From a virus: 64,000 bases of DNA. Position 1 is the first letter of the stretch; each line of letters begins with the position of its first letter. The translations under genes and the position numbers were made by a program. This document shows positions 45,281 through 55,022 of this stretch, one piece after another. Location of the stretch: the IMG/VR virus record IMGVR_UViG_3300045800_000023, positions 1,839 through 65,838 of that record; one strand, given 5' to 3'. The notes under the pieces were generated by a model. That model ran no database searches. It had not been told where the DNA came from and was given only the letters and a program-made list of their open reading frames with translations.

Positions 45281-45889
45281 CTAGAATGAAAGAGATAGCT
45301 GCAAACCGGCCCCAGGTTGCGTATTGGCCCAGATACCAGCATTCAGGGGGCCAAGTACCTTGCGCTCGACAAAGCCGCCTAAGACGAGCCCTGGGACGCC
45401 TGTAATGATACCTGTAGAGTTGTGACCGTAACCTCCCAAGATACCGACATGCCAATTTTTAGTGTTGTCAATGATTGTTGTCTTAGAATGTTCCTCTGCG
45501 CGGTAGTCGTCCAAGAGCTTCTTAAAATCTGTAATTTGGCTTACCTTTGTTTCGTTGGTGGTATCTGTGTGTTGCTGTGAGTCAACGTGGGACTTGTCGG
45601 TCTCTGTCTCTGTCCTGGTACCGTCTGGCTTAATTGTAACTACCCTTACAACATCCCGGTCAACAAACTTTGTCTTGTCTTGGACCTGCTTCAAAAGCTT
45701 GTCTAGATCGATTTGCTGAACAACCTGGGTGTTCTCATGGCGTGTCTCAACCACCTTGTCAACAGTCACAATTTTAGTATGCTCCGGGGCCGTATACTTA
45801 CCTCCTAGAAAAGCTCCAATAGCTACTAGAACAATAAAGAATGGCCCCTTAACAAACGCCTTCCAGTCTACATTCTTGAGGAAGTTCAT
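45281..45889 (-). CDS. Membrane-anchored protein with C-terminal beta-rich segment
   Basis: N-terminal TM, coiled region, alternating beta pattern at the end. Confidence 0.55.
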   Translation of the reverse strand: MNFLKNVDWKAFVKGPFFIVLVAIGAFLGGKYTAPEHTKIVTVDKVVETRHENTQVVQQIDLDKLLKQVQDKTKFVDRDVVRVVTIKPDGTRTETETDKSHVDSQQHTDTTNETKVSQITDFKKLLDDYRAEEHSKTTIIDNTKNWHVGILGGYGHNSTGIITGVPGLVLGGFVERKVLGPLNAGIWANTQPGAGLQLSLSF

Positions 45890-46972
45890 TTAGCCAATCT
45901 TTCGACGGTATTGAAAAGGAGTTTCCCCATTAAGCTGTACTGTGTAACGGTGACCAATGGTCTTGCCTGCATTACAAGTTTTGTTCCACTTCTTTGTGTC
46001 TGGGTCATAGCACTCGTCCCCCAACAGAAGAGTCTCTCCTACCTCTAAATTTCTGTACCGGGGCTCTTCAGGCGACTTAGCCTTCAGCTCATTAATCTCG
46101 GCCATTGCGTTGGCTAGCTGGTCCTTGAGGGTTTTTATCTCTGCCTCATAAGTATTTACAGACACGTTATGTATGTCGCAAACATGTTTAAGAATCCCGG
46201 AAAAATAAGCAAAACGATTGTTGTCGATAGGCATACCCGTCAAATCACCATGGTGACAATTACTTTGGATAACAACGTCCTTCTTCCTGCGGTAGCACTT
46301 GAGATTGGCTTGAAATTTTGATACAATGGCCCCAATGTTACCATTCTTGACGGTCTCCCAGTATGGCTTCTCATAAGTGGAAAGCAGTACCTCGTCTCCC
46401 GCCTTGGTGAATTCGCCCGCCTTGAGGTAGAAATAGTTTGGGTCGTCAGGAAGCTTGTCTAATTCTGGCTTGGCTGGTGATAAAAACTGTCGACGAAATT
46501 GTTCGGGACAGTTGTTCCCGAGATTGCAAAACCCAACGTCTCCAACCTTAGCCTTCCATTGAGGAAGGTGCCCTTCAGATAGATCCCAACCAAAACGAAA
46601 GAGCCTTTCGTCCCCTTCAACAATCTTCTCCCCGACATCCAAGTAACGGTGCGTGTTATCTTGCATACGGATGGGGCGGCGGTACACATACGTGTTTCCA
46701 CAAAAAAGATTTGTGGGTTCGGCCTTACGTCCAGCATAGCCGTGACCAATTGGCGACCAATCAAAAACTCTACCAGCGCTATTGGTACACTGCACCTCAT
46801 CACCTTTACAGACAATTTCTTCTTCCTCAAGAAAGCGATACACGGGCTTGGGCTTTGGCGGGTCTACATCCCAGCTATTGAACCACATATACTTAGGGGG
46901 TTCCGGAATCCTGATTTTATAGTTTCCGTAGACAAAAACGGGATTTATGAGGTCATAGGGGCTATTTGCCAT
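45890..46972 (-). CDS. Early module protein (4 modules plus coiled coil)
   Basis: YRFLEEEEIVCKGDE, HRYLDVGE..GDE, YFYLKAGE..GDE, YRNLEVGE..GDE. Confidence 0.75.
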   Translation of the reverse strand: MANSPYDLINPVFVYGNYKIRIPEPPKYMWFNSWDVDPPKPKPVYRFLEEEEIVCKGDEVQCTNSAGRVFDWSPIGHGYAGRKAEPTNLFCGNTYVYRRPIRMQDNTHRYLDVGEKIVEGDERLFRFGWDLSEGHLPQWKAKVGDVGFCNLGNNCPEQFRRQFLSPAKPELDKLPDDPNYFYLKAGEFTKAGDEVLLSTYEKPYWETVKNGNIGAIVSKFQANLKCYRRKKDVVIQSNCHHGDLTGMPIDNNRFAYFSGILKHVCDIHNVSVNTYEAEIKTLKDQLANAMAEINELKAKSPEEPRYRNLEVGETLLLGDECYDPDTKKWNKTCNAGKTIGHRYTVQLNGETPFQYRRKIG

Positions 46973-46974
46973 GG

Positions 46975-47544
46975 TTATTTCTTTCCTTTTCGTCTTTTTG
47001 TTTGTCCTAAGATGCCGTCAGCGAACCCGTTTTTACAGGTGTCTTCGGCGGTTAAGTAGGTATCATTGTCACACAGGTCTTTGACTTCGTCAATGGTTAA
47101 TTCAGATCTTTCAGCTAATTTTTCGTAGTACTTAAGCGTCAAGAAGTTTTCTTCCTGCAACGCTCCACGTACCTTTTCCAGGGGTCCGTTAAAGGCACAT
47201 GTGCCGTTGTGCACCATAAAACGGCAATTGGGTGAAAGCAAGCGGGTATCACAGGCCTGCAAAATCAATGATGCAATAGACATACACTCGCCATAACATT
47301 GTGCAATAACTTTAGATCTCGTGAGGCACAAAGCATCGTAGATAGTCCACCCGGCCCCTTCCTCGCCCCCACCACTGCTAATAATCAACGTAATGTTCCC
47401 CCTCCCAACTCTGTCCAGCTGCCTCAAGGCGACAACTACCTGGGAGGCCACCTCTATATCAACGGCCCCAAACAAGTAAATCTCTCGGGCATCTTCATCC
47501 ATCGTTACGGTAACAGTGTTCATATCTACCTCACATAATGCCAT
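46975..47544 (-). CDS. clpP: ClpP-like serine protease
   Basis: ISSGGG, CMSIASLIL (Ser), RFMVHN (His), DTYLTAE..NGFADGI. Confidence 0.85.
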   Translation of the reverse strand: MALCEVDMNTVTVTMDEDAREIYLFGAVDIEVASQVVVALRQLDRVGRGNITLIISSGGGEEGAGWTIYDALCLTRSKVIAQCYGECMSIASLILQACDTRLLSPNCRFMVHNGTCAFNGPLEKVRGALQEENFLTLKYYEKLAERSELTIDEVKDLCDNDTYLTAEDTCKNGFADGILGQTKRRKGKK

Positions 47545-47552
47545 GATACTCC

Positions 47553-49025
47553 TTATTCAATGTTGGAAATGTCTGTGATATTTCTGTCGGGGTTTACCCA
47601 GTAAGGCAATTCACCTTTCAAAGACTCCCACTTTTGACCATTCTTGCTTAGGTGACCAACAGAATAGTAAGGCGAATACGTGTTGGTGTAGGTGTTAAAG
47701 AAGGTCATCCCCGTGTAGTACAATAGGCCTCCATCCAATCGTGACTTAACGGCTTTAATCAAAGTAGGAGACCCAATGGCCCTAGAGTCAGCTGAGGTGA
47801 TACCTTCGCACTTAGACATCATGATGCCAGTGGTGGCAGTTTTGAACAAATTGGAAGCGCCGTGGAAGTCTTCCATCTCGGGAACAAGCCCCTGACTTCT
47901 ACCAGATTTTTTCAAGTGGGCGACACAAATTACTGGAATCTTCAAGACCTGGGCGGTTTGCCGGACCCTCTTAATCAAAGCTGATAATTCAGCGACTTCA
48001 TTCCTGGCATCCAGGTCGACGAAGTGAATATGGTCAAGAACAATAAGCCTGGACTGCCCCTTCAGACGATAGACGGCCCTATCAAAATCTTCCATGTCAA
48101 AATCAGTCTTTGACCGGTAGTAGGCATGTAGGGTCGAGTATTGGTCTGTAAATAGCTTGTCCGCTTTGTCTCGGTACTGGTCTAGCTCTGCCTTCAGTAG
48201 ATTTTGCCTCCACCGTTTGTAGCTAACCATTCCCCTAGGGGCGCCTGGGTTCTCTTCTTTGTACCACAGGGCCATGTACCCATACTTAATACGTCGTTCA
48301 ATTTCGTAAGGTTCGGCCTCTAGAGCAAAATAATGTACAGGGAATTTCTTTTCCCTGGCAACTTCACTGGCGATTAGCTTCGCCATTTCTGTCTTCCCAG
48401 CCCCAGAAGTAGCACCCAATAGGATGACATCTGTCGGGAGGATCATTCCTAAGGCATCTTGGAGAAAGGTACAGCCAGCATAAGGAACCGCCATCTTTGC
48501 GTCCTCGTCCCTATCGGCTTCTTCTTCCTTTACCCGGTCAGCGACTGACATAAACGTATCCGCCTTCATTCCGCATATTGAGTCTATCCTTTGTAAGGCC
48601 ACAGCGTTGCTTTGCCATAGCTCGAATGATTTTTGATAACTGTTTGAGTTGAAATTCTCCTGTAGATCTTTGATTGAAACGAAGATAATTCTGGCTTTAG
48701 CCCAGTCAGATAGTTTACTTTCTAGGACATCCCAAGGGTGGTGTTTCTTTGACTCGACGCATTTAGCTAAAGATCTCTTTGTCGCCTCTTTGATTAAATC
48801 GTCTTTGATTGTATCCAATAGCTCTTCCATGGAGTACGGGGCTCGCTTGTATGTCTTGCGGAACTCAAGGATTTTCTTGAAGGCTTCCCCAATTGGTGGC
48901 GAATTTATCCAGGCTGGGGTCAAGCCGAAGTCGTCTAGCTGGTCCCAAATTTTGGGTTGCATCAGCGCGTGACCAATTACGGCCTGCTGCTGCGGTTCAG
49001 AGAGGTGGATAGGTATGTCAGACAC
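47553..49025 (-). CDS. dnaB: Replicative DNA helicase (DnaB-like)
   Basis: Walker A GATSGAGKT, FALE, IVLDHIH, VAHL. Confidence 0.85.
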   Translation of the reverse strand: MSDIPIHLSEPQQQAVIGHALMQPKIWDQLDDFGLTPAWINSPPIGEAFKKILEFRKTYKRAPYSMEELLDTIKDDLIKEATKRSLAKCVESKKHHPWDVLESKLSDWAKARIIFVSIKDLQENFNSNSYQKSFELWQSNAVALQRIDSICGMKADTFMSVADRVKEEEADRDEDAKMAVPYAGCTFLQDALGMILPTDVILLGATSGAGKTEMAKLIASEVAREKKFPVHYFALEAEPYEIERRIKYGYMALWYKEENPGAPRGMVSYKRWRQNLLKAELDQYRDKADKLFTDQYSTLHAYYRSKTDFDMEDFDRAVYRLKGQSRLIVLDHIHFVDLDARNEVAELSALIKRVRQTAQVLKIPVICVAHLKKSGRSQGLVPEMEDFHGASNLFKTATTGIMMSKCEGITSADSRAIGSPTLIKAVKSRLDGGLLYYTGMTFFNTYTNTYSPYYSVGHLSKNGQKWESLKGELPYWVNPDRNITDISNIE

Positions 49026-49050
49026 GAAAATCCATTCTACGCCTTAGGCG

Positions 49051-50061
49051 CTAAAAAGTCAACGGCTTCAGCCAAATATAAAGCTTCCCCTTCACCATAG
49101 GTTCAGCTGCTAAGATTGCCTTAAAGGCATCTTCCATGGACAAAGACCCAAGATCGACCTTGCCCTTTATTCTTTCGGGGAGTCGAATTAGACGAATGTC
49201 TACGCCATTTCCTAGCTTATCAAGTAGCGGGTCAAGTTCGGAAAATGCGTCGGGGTCTAGGCCCACATAGACGGTTTTGACGCCAGACCTAAGAAGAATC
49301 GCAACGTGGGCCGACGAGATAGCCTTCCCCATTGACGCAACGTTACCTTGATTAAAAAGGTGGCATTTTATACAGTCAATTGGCCCCTCACACAACACCG
49401 CCGCATCGGCCCCCTTCAGCCGGTTGGAAAACATAAACGCCTTGTCCCTAGGCAAATCAGGAGACGACCACGTTTTAGGCCTTTCTTTGATTACATCGTC
49501 AACTAGAACCCGGTTAGGATCTATTGTCCTGTACTGCCAACCCAGGAGGTCTGTCCCAACCTGCACTGGGAAGACCACAGCTCGATTCTGGGGTGAATAT
49601 CTGATTCCGTAGAGGGTTGCTATCTCTAGGGGTATCCCACGGCCCTGTAGGTAGTCCTGGCCGCTTTTGGCGCCTGGTTCAACAATAGGTATACAATGGT
49701 AGGGCCATGTAAGTACAGGTAGTTTTTCCTCCTTAATCTCTTCATCTTCTTCCTGGTCAAGGAAATCTTTCATCTTTAGCTCAAGATACCCAGACCGTAC
49801 TTGAGCCGACCCATACAAACTTTCCTTGACCTGTTCTAGCGGAAGGTCTGTCAGTTCAATTATGGCATATTCAACATTGCCACCAAACCCCTTGTCAGTA
49901 ACGCACCTAAAACACCTGAACCTACCATCACTTTTCCTAATGTATAATTTGTCCTTACCCCCGCACAAAGGACAATTGAACAAAAAGGACTTGGAGTTCT
50001 CATGAAAGGACAACCCCAAGTCCCTTATGTACTGTGCCAATTTGTTTGGCGACAGTTTCAT
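49051..50061 (-). CDS. dnaG: DNA primase (Zn finger plus TOPRIM)
   Basis: CPLC...CFRC; YLQGRGI; LCEGPID; GLDPDA. Confidence 0.88.
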   Translation of the reverse strand: MKLSPNKLAQYIRDLGLSFHENSKSFLFNCPLCGGKDKLYIRKSDGRFRCFRCVTDKGFGGNVEYAIIELTDLPLEQVKESLYGSAQVRSGYLELKMKDFLDQEEDEEIKEEKLPVLTWPYHCIPIVEPGAKSGQDYLQGRGIPLEIATLYGIRYSPQNRAVVFPVQVGTDLLGWQYRTIDPNRVLVDDVIKERPKTWSSPDLPRDKAFMFSNRLKGADAAVLCEGPIDCIKCHLFNQGNVASMGKAISSAHVAILLRSGVKTVYVGLDPDAFSELDPLLDKLGNGVDIRLIRLPERIKGKVDLGSLSMEDAFKAILAAEPMVKGKLYIWLKPLTF

Positions 50062-51197
50062 TATTCGTCGTCTTCAGGGGCTTCGAATTGCTGCTCGGCT
50101 ACATGCTCTGGGATAACAATAGAACCAGTGGTCTTTTCTCGTTCCAACAACCCCGCCAGGATAATCTTTTGTAAGTCTGGGCGTGTAGCTAAGGCATTTA
50201 AGACGGCAGGCTTGCCATTAAACTGTTCTGACCCGATTACATAAACCAGTTTATTGGGCCTACCAATTACCCCCCAGTTCTTTCCTAGACGGAAGATTTC
50301 TTCATGTTGATTGACAAACCCTTTCGTATAGTCGAAGGTGGCCTCGGCTTGACGGTTAGCGGGACCAAGCGTATTCCCTGACATAAAGAATCGAATCTTG
50401 TGACCAGTACGTTCAGCACTGTCCTTGCCTTCTGACATGTCCAGCTTGGTTTCGTCAACTAACTTGTTGTCCAGTTCATCAACATTACCGGTCTTGGTAA
50501 CGTTGCGTTCCACGTTCAGGATGAATTCGCAGAGGTGCTTAACCGCCATGGCGGCTGCGGGCTTCTTCTTGTTGCCACGCATAATTTCGGCCTGGTCCAT
50601 CTCGTCCCTGGCGTGGGCCGTAAGGTACAGGTGGATGCGGTTTTTAAACAACATCTCCCTCATTGACTGGAGACCGATTTGGAGGGTCATTGCGTGGTCT
50701 CCAATTTGGAAATTGGAAACCGACTTCTGAACAGCTGTTCTACGCCCCATTAGCATCGAAATCGAATCGATGCCCATAAGCTTGACGTTCCCTCCCTGTT
50801 GAATAATGTCCAGGACCTCACTGTTGATAAGGTCGAATACCTTTTCTGGCTTGTTTGTTTGAAACACGATATAGCGGTCAAGGTCGATTCCATAGGCGGC
50901 TGCATGTGCATCGTCCAGCTGACCATCATCTCGGAATTCGGTATCAAACTTGATGGCGATGGAGTCTTTCCACTTTTGGTGCATCTGACCAACCATGTCA
51001 TAGAACAATACCGACTTACCTGCCTTTTGTTCTCCCCAAGCTAGCGTAGTATAGCCAAGAGGAATACCGTGATTTTTGCCCCATAGCCAATTAACCCCTG
51101 GGCTGGATGACCTCAATAGGTTGTCGGGGGCCCACACATCAAAGCGTTCAGTGACAGCGTTCTCTAGATTCCTTAACTTCATCGCGAATTTATTCAA
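50061..51197 (-). CDS. recA: RecA/UvsX-like recombinase
   Basis: GIPLGY...WGEQKAGKS, FDTE, IDSI; TTG start at 51197 with AGGAG RBS. Confidence 0.82.
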   Translation of the reverse strand: MNKFAMKLRNLENAVTERFDVWAPDNLLRSSSPGVNWLWGKNHGIPLGYTTLAWGEQKAGKSVLFYDMVGQMHQKWKDSIAIKFDTEFRDDGQLDDAHAAAYGIDLDRYIVFQTNKPEKVFDLINSEVLDIIQQGGNVKLMGIDSISMLMGRRTAVQKSVSNFQIGDHAMTLQIGLQSMREMLFKNRIHLYLTAHARDEMDQAEIMRGNKKKPAAAMAVKHLCEFILNVERNVTKTGNVDELDNKLVDETKLDMSEGKDSAERTGHKIRFFMSGNTLGPANRQAEATFDYTKGFVNQHEEIFRLGKNWGVIGRPNKLVYVIGSEQFNGKPAVLNALATRPDLQKIILAGLLEREKTTGSIVIPEHVAEQQFEAPEDDE

Positions 51198-51278
51198 CTT
51201 CGTTCTCCTATCGTAATAGACAAAGGGCCAGAAAAATTGCCGCCAAGATGACAGCTCCACAAACTTCCGCGTATTTTC

Positions 51279-51650
51279 TCATGCCAACTTACCGTGCATG
51301 TGCGGACGGGTTTTGTTGTATTCGTTTTTGAGGTGAATAGCCCGACCAATATCGATACCTAAAGCGTAAGCAGTGTCGAGCGCCCTAATCACAATGTCAG
51401 CCAGCTCCTCTTCCGCACAGGTAAGATTGCAGGCTTTGTCACATTGTTTGCCCAAGCTTCCCTTACGTGCAGCTTCCCACAATTCAGACACTTCACCATG
51501 TAGATTGGCACAAAACACGGCCATACGATCTAAGGTCACCGATTCGCCGTTCAACCTTGCAGAATATTCTGGGTGAAACCCTTTCTCCCAAGCTAATGTG
51601 TAAACTTCTCTGGCCACATCTGAAAATATCTGTTGTTCTGTGCTGTTCAT
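51279..51650 (-). CDS. mazG: MazG-like nucleotide pyrophosphohydrolase
   Basis: HGEVSELWEA...EEELADIVIR..D...KNEYNKTRP. Confidence 0.85.
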   Translation of the reverse strand: MNSTEQQIFSDVAREVYTLAWEKGFHPEYSARLNGESVTLDRMAVFCANLHGEVSELWEAARKGSLGKQCDKACNLTCAEEELADIVIRALDTAYALGIDIGRAIHLKNEYNKTRPHMHGKLA

Positions 51651-52216
51651 AGTGCTCTGAATCCCGGTGGTAGGTCGTCATCCGACGATTTGACGATGGT
51701 TTTAGGAGCCGCGTATGGGTCTGGCCGATTAGCATCCCCATATTTCTGGCCAGGCAGGTTTCTGTCGCTTACCAATTTCTTGACGCTGTTGTAGGCGTTA
51801 TAGAAGGCCTCCATTTTACCACGCAACGTGTCTAAAATAAAGGAAATTTCGTCCAATATGTCTTTTGTTGCTTGTACTTGAGGGTCTTTTTGAACAAAAG
51901 CAGCCCTTAGGTCGGCACTGGCTTTAGTATGTCCAAGTTTTTGTAAGGCCTCCTCAGTGCAGGCGAGTTTGGCGTCAGCAATTGCGTTTTTGTGATGGTT
52001 GTCGGCAATGTTCTTTTGGTAGGTCAATTGAGTAACAGACCTATTGAGCTTAAGCCACGTTGCGTTAAATGTAGACAACATCTCAGGAGCCGTAAATTGA
52101 TTAACAATTGCGACGTCCTGAAGCCTCAGTTCAGCCTGTACAATTTCCTCAATGTTGATAGCAATCTTGGCCTTGCCATCCCCAGTAGGAACCATATAGT
52201 TCGTTTCTTCGTTCAT
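51647..52216 (-). CDS. UvsY-like recombination mediator (helical)
   Basis: Helical pattern and position between SSB and RecA. Confidence 0.45.
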   Translation of the reverse strand: MNEETNYMVPTGDGKAKIAINIEEIVQAELRLQDVAIVNQFTAPEMLSTFNATWLKLNRSVTQLTYQKNIADNHHKNAIADAKLACTEEALQKLGHTKASADLRAAFVQKDPQVQATKDILDEISFILDTLRGKMEAFYNAYNSVKKLVSDRNLPGQKYGDANRPDPYAAPKTIVKSSDDDLPPGFRAL

Positions 52217-52458
52217 ATATAGTGCTTTCTGTCGTCAACGATACCGTCTATGTAGGGCCCAGAAGGCCAATTTAGCTGGTAGCGGGTGATACATGTGCTA
52301 TCCATTTCGTAAGATGGCCAGTGAACAGACACGGCGGATACAATATCTCCTGTTTTTTGATTTGCCCATTGATGTGGTGTTCCGAGATACTTCCAGTTGC
52401 CATCTGGAAATATTTGACGCAATTGATCAATAATTCTAATACGTTTTAGCATAATCAA
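52213..52458 (-). CDS. Hypothetical protein
   Basis: ORF coupled to the next gene. Confidence 0.5.
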   Translation of the reverse strand: MIMLKRIRIIDQLRQIFPDGNWKYLGTPHQWANQKTGDIVSAVSVHWPSYEMDSTCITRYQLNWPSGPYIDGIVDDRKHYI

Positions 52459-52503
52459 AAGAAAGGCTAGCCAGAGACGAAAGGAGCACCGCCCCTGGCT
52501 AGC
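52457..52503 (-). terminator. Putative intrinsic terminator after ssb
   Basis: GCTAGCCAG/CTGGCTAGC inverted repeat followed by CTTTCTTTT. Confidence 0.5.
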
Positions 52504-52514
52504 TGTATTAGTTG

Positions 52515-53543
52515 TTAACCCCAGAGATCGTCGTAGTTCGCTGCTGGAGCGGCCTTAGGTGCTTCTGCGGGTGTAGGAGCCGGGGCTGGCTTAGGGGCCT
52601 CCGCTGGGGCTGCCTGGGCCGCTGGAGCGGGTGTGGGGGCTGGGGCTACAGACGCACCGCTGGGGACAGCACCAGTGTAATCGACTTCCTCGTCGACCGG
52701 TTCGTCGTTCTTCTTGCCAATCTCAAGAATCCGGTCCACTTCTACAGGGTCGGGGCTACCCTTGCCAAGCTTGTCTAGCTCTACCAAGGCTACTATCTGG
52801 TCTACCCGAATAAGGTTCTGGTTCTTTAGGGTCACCAGGTCGGGAAGACGATTGGAGGCTTCGATAAGCTGCTCATTTGAAATTCGGTAGACATCCTTGA
52901 TTTCGGAGCCGTCTTTCTGGACAATCCGGTTGACGACCGCCTTGTCAGAGGTAGGGGACGCCTTGCCGGTGCGGATAAACCGGAACCAAACTCCCTTACG
53001 GCCAGCTGGCTTAATAAGCTCGTCAGTCCCAGGGTAAGTTTGCTTGCGTAGCTCTTTCATCTCAGCCTTTAGGCTCTTGACGAAGTTGTAAGGGGCGTGG
53101 AAGATACCGAATTGCCCTTGCTTATTCATAACAGGGATGCGGAACTTGCCGTCGAGGCCGTGGGCATCCTTCCAGGCAAGGAGCTGTTTTCCTCGTTCAG
53201 AAGTGGGGTCAGCGGCCTTTAGCTTATCAATGAATGGGGTGCGGTATGTACAAACCGGACACTCAGTGCTAATAATACCGTAGTTCTTTTCCTGGATACA
53301 TAGGAACGGATGGTAAGCCTTCTTGGAGGGGTCCTTTGCGTTGACTCCATTCCAGCCATAGTGAAGTGCCCAATACAGACCGATATCATCAATCTGTAGC
53401 ATCGACTTCATTGCTGGAAGGACAAGAAGGAGGTGTTCGTCTGTCTCACCGTCCTTAATGTTCTTGAACTTCCAATTTTCGTACTTCTGGGTAGACCCGC
53501 TTGGGTCTGCAAATCCTGGGGGTAGCTCGTTGTCGTCACTCAT
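52515..53543 (-). CDS. Single-stranded DNA-binding protein (gp32-like)
   Basis: VLP...YWALHYGW...CPVC; low-complexity linker and acidic/aromatic tail DDLWG. Confidence 0.7.
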   Translation of the reverse strand: MSDDNELPPGFADPSGSTQKYENWKFKNIKDGETDEHLLLVLPAMKSMLQIDDIGLYWALHYGWNGVNAKDPSKKAYHPFLCIQEKNYGIISTECPVCTYRTPFIDKLKAADPTSERGKQLLAWKDAHGLDGKFRIPVMNKQGQFGIFHAPYNFVKSLKAEMKELRKQTYPGTDELIKPAGRKGVWFRFIRTGKASPTSDKAVVNRIVQKDGSEIKDVYRISNEQLIEASNRLPDLVTLKNQNLIRVDQIVALVELDKLGKGSPDPVEVDRILEIGKKNDEPVDEEVDYTGAVPSGASVAPAPTPAPAAQAAPAEAPKPAPAPTPAEAPKAAPAANYDDLWG

Positions 53544-53792
53544 TTACTTCTTCTCCTTTTTGGTTTTCTTCTTCGGTTTTAGGTCTTCGACCTTATTCTT
53601 TGCTTCTCGGGCCTCTTCGCCCATTTTGAATTCTGGGTATGTGGCGGCAAAATCAACAGGGGACATCCCAAGGAAGTCATAGCGAACGGAAAGAATCTCC
53701 TCCAAATACTCCTTGCGTTCTTTATCCGGCATCTTCCCCAGCTCGTAAATGAACGAGTAAATCCTGGGTTGGCTATCAGTCAGTTTGTTCAT
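53544..53792 (-). CDS. Hypothetical protein
   Basis: ORF coupled to neighbours. Confidence 0.55.
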   Translation of the reverse strand: MNKLTDSQPRIYSFIYELGKMPDKERKEYLEEILSVRYDFLGMSPVDFAATYPEFKMGEEAREAKNKVEDLKPKKKTKKEKK

Positions 53793-54516
53793 CTACCACC
53801 TTCTTTTGTTCCTTGAACAATGAAACGATTTTAGCTACCGTTGGGTCGAAATCCTTAGGAAACGTAAAGTCAATCGACTTGTTGAACAATGTTGCAATCG
53901 CGTTTCGTTCATCTACAGATCCGACACCAACAACCATAACCGGGATCTTCTGCGAGTCGATCTGTTCTCGTACTATAACATCCAAGATGCTCTTTGTCAA
54001 CAAATCAATGTTGGCTTGGTCTCCTACTCGACACTCTCTCAGGATCCTGCGAATGTGACCTAAAGTTGCAGCCGTATCAGGGCAAGTAGTTTCCCGATGT
54101 TTAGGAGCTTCGATTTCCAAATAGCCCAGGTCAATAGCAATGCTAGTGATTTTTTGGATCATTAGGTGGAACTGGGTAGAACAAAACACCCGATCCCGAG
54201 AATAAGAAGGCTCTACCAGGTCAGTGACCGACCGGTACATTTGAGCGGCGTCTAAGACAATACCTTCGTTCTTGGTCAACAACTCAGCCGTCTTATCAAT
54301 AGACGTCTTGTCACCGCTTGCGAACAGCCCTACCAGCTTGCTCGGGATAACGATAGACTTCATTTCGTCTAGAAGCTTGGGCAATCGCTCCGAGGCCTGA
54401 ATCATCGCCATCTGTACAGCGGGCCTGGCAGTGTAATGAACAGCTTCAATCTCTTGGGACACTACCCTGGTGGTCTCTTCTACGTCTTTACTAACTTCGG
54501 CCAATGTTCTACTCAT
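53776..54516 (-). CDS. Hypothetical protein
   Basis: ORF coupled to neighbours. Confidence 0.6.
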   Translation of the reverse strand: MSRTLAEVSKDVEETTRVVSQEIEAVHYTARPAVQMAMIQASERLPKLLDEMKSIVIPSKLVGLFASGDKTSIDKTAELLTKNEGIVLDAAQMYRSVTDLVEPSYSRDRVFCSTQFHLMIQKITSIAIDLGYLEIEAPKHRETTCPDTAATLGHIRRILRECRVGDQANIDLLTKSILDVIVREQIDSQKIPVMVVGVGSVDERNAIATLFNKSIDFTFPKDFDPTVAKIVSLFKEQKKVVDEQTD

Positions 54517-54724
54517 GGATCTCCTTTAACAGTTGTAATACATATTCTTGCAATTCGGTGTTATCGGGTGGTGTTGCTTCTTGCTGACACGACTTACCAA
54601 TAAGGCCTTCTAGAAAGACCAGGTGCTTGTCCTGGTGCGCTAGTAATTGTAGGCTGGCTTCAAGCTGCTTCGACAATAGCCTGACCTGCTTCTCCAGGCG
54701 CTGTTCTTTACTTAGAGTCTTCAT
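54509..54724 (-). CDS. Small coiled-coil protein
   Basis: ORF track. Confidence 0.5.
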   Translation of the reverse strand: MKTLSKEQRLEKQVRLLSKQLEASLQLLAHQDKHLVFLEGLIGKSCQQEATPPDNTELQEYVLQLLKEIHE

Positions 54725-55022
54725 CGGGCCTCGAATGGTTCTTTAGGTCGTCTAGGGTAAACTCATTGTCGGCCCAGAGAACTCCCTGGATAAAGCCCAG
54801 CCACCTCATAGCCTTCTCGATTCTTCCTTCGTCTACAAACTTCTGTGCTTCTTGACACATGAAGAGAAAGTGAGAAACCTGAGCGTCAGTATTGATAAAA
54901 GCGACAAAAGAGCTTGATTCGCCTAGATTCATTTGTTTAGGCTTTACACCACTGGCAGCCCACCTTTCTTCAATGTGCTTGAAATAGTATTCAAATACCG
55001 ACTTAAGCTTTTCCTTCGTCAT
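54708..55022 (-). CDS. Conserved phage hypothetical protein
   Basis: EKAMRWLGFIQGVLW motif. Confidence 0.65.
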   Translation of the reverse strand: MTKEKLKSVFEYYFKHIEERWAASGVKPKQMNLGESSSFVAFINTDAQVSHFLFMCQEAQKFVDEGRIEKAMRWLGFIQGVLWADNEFTLDDLKNHSRPDEDSK

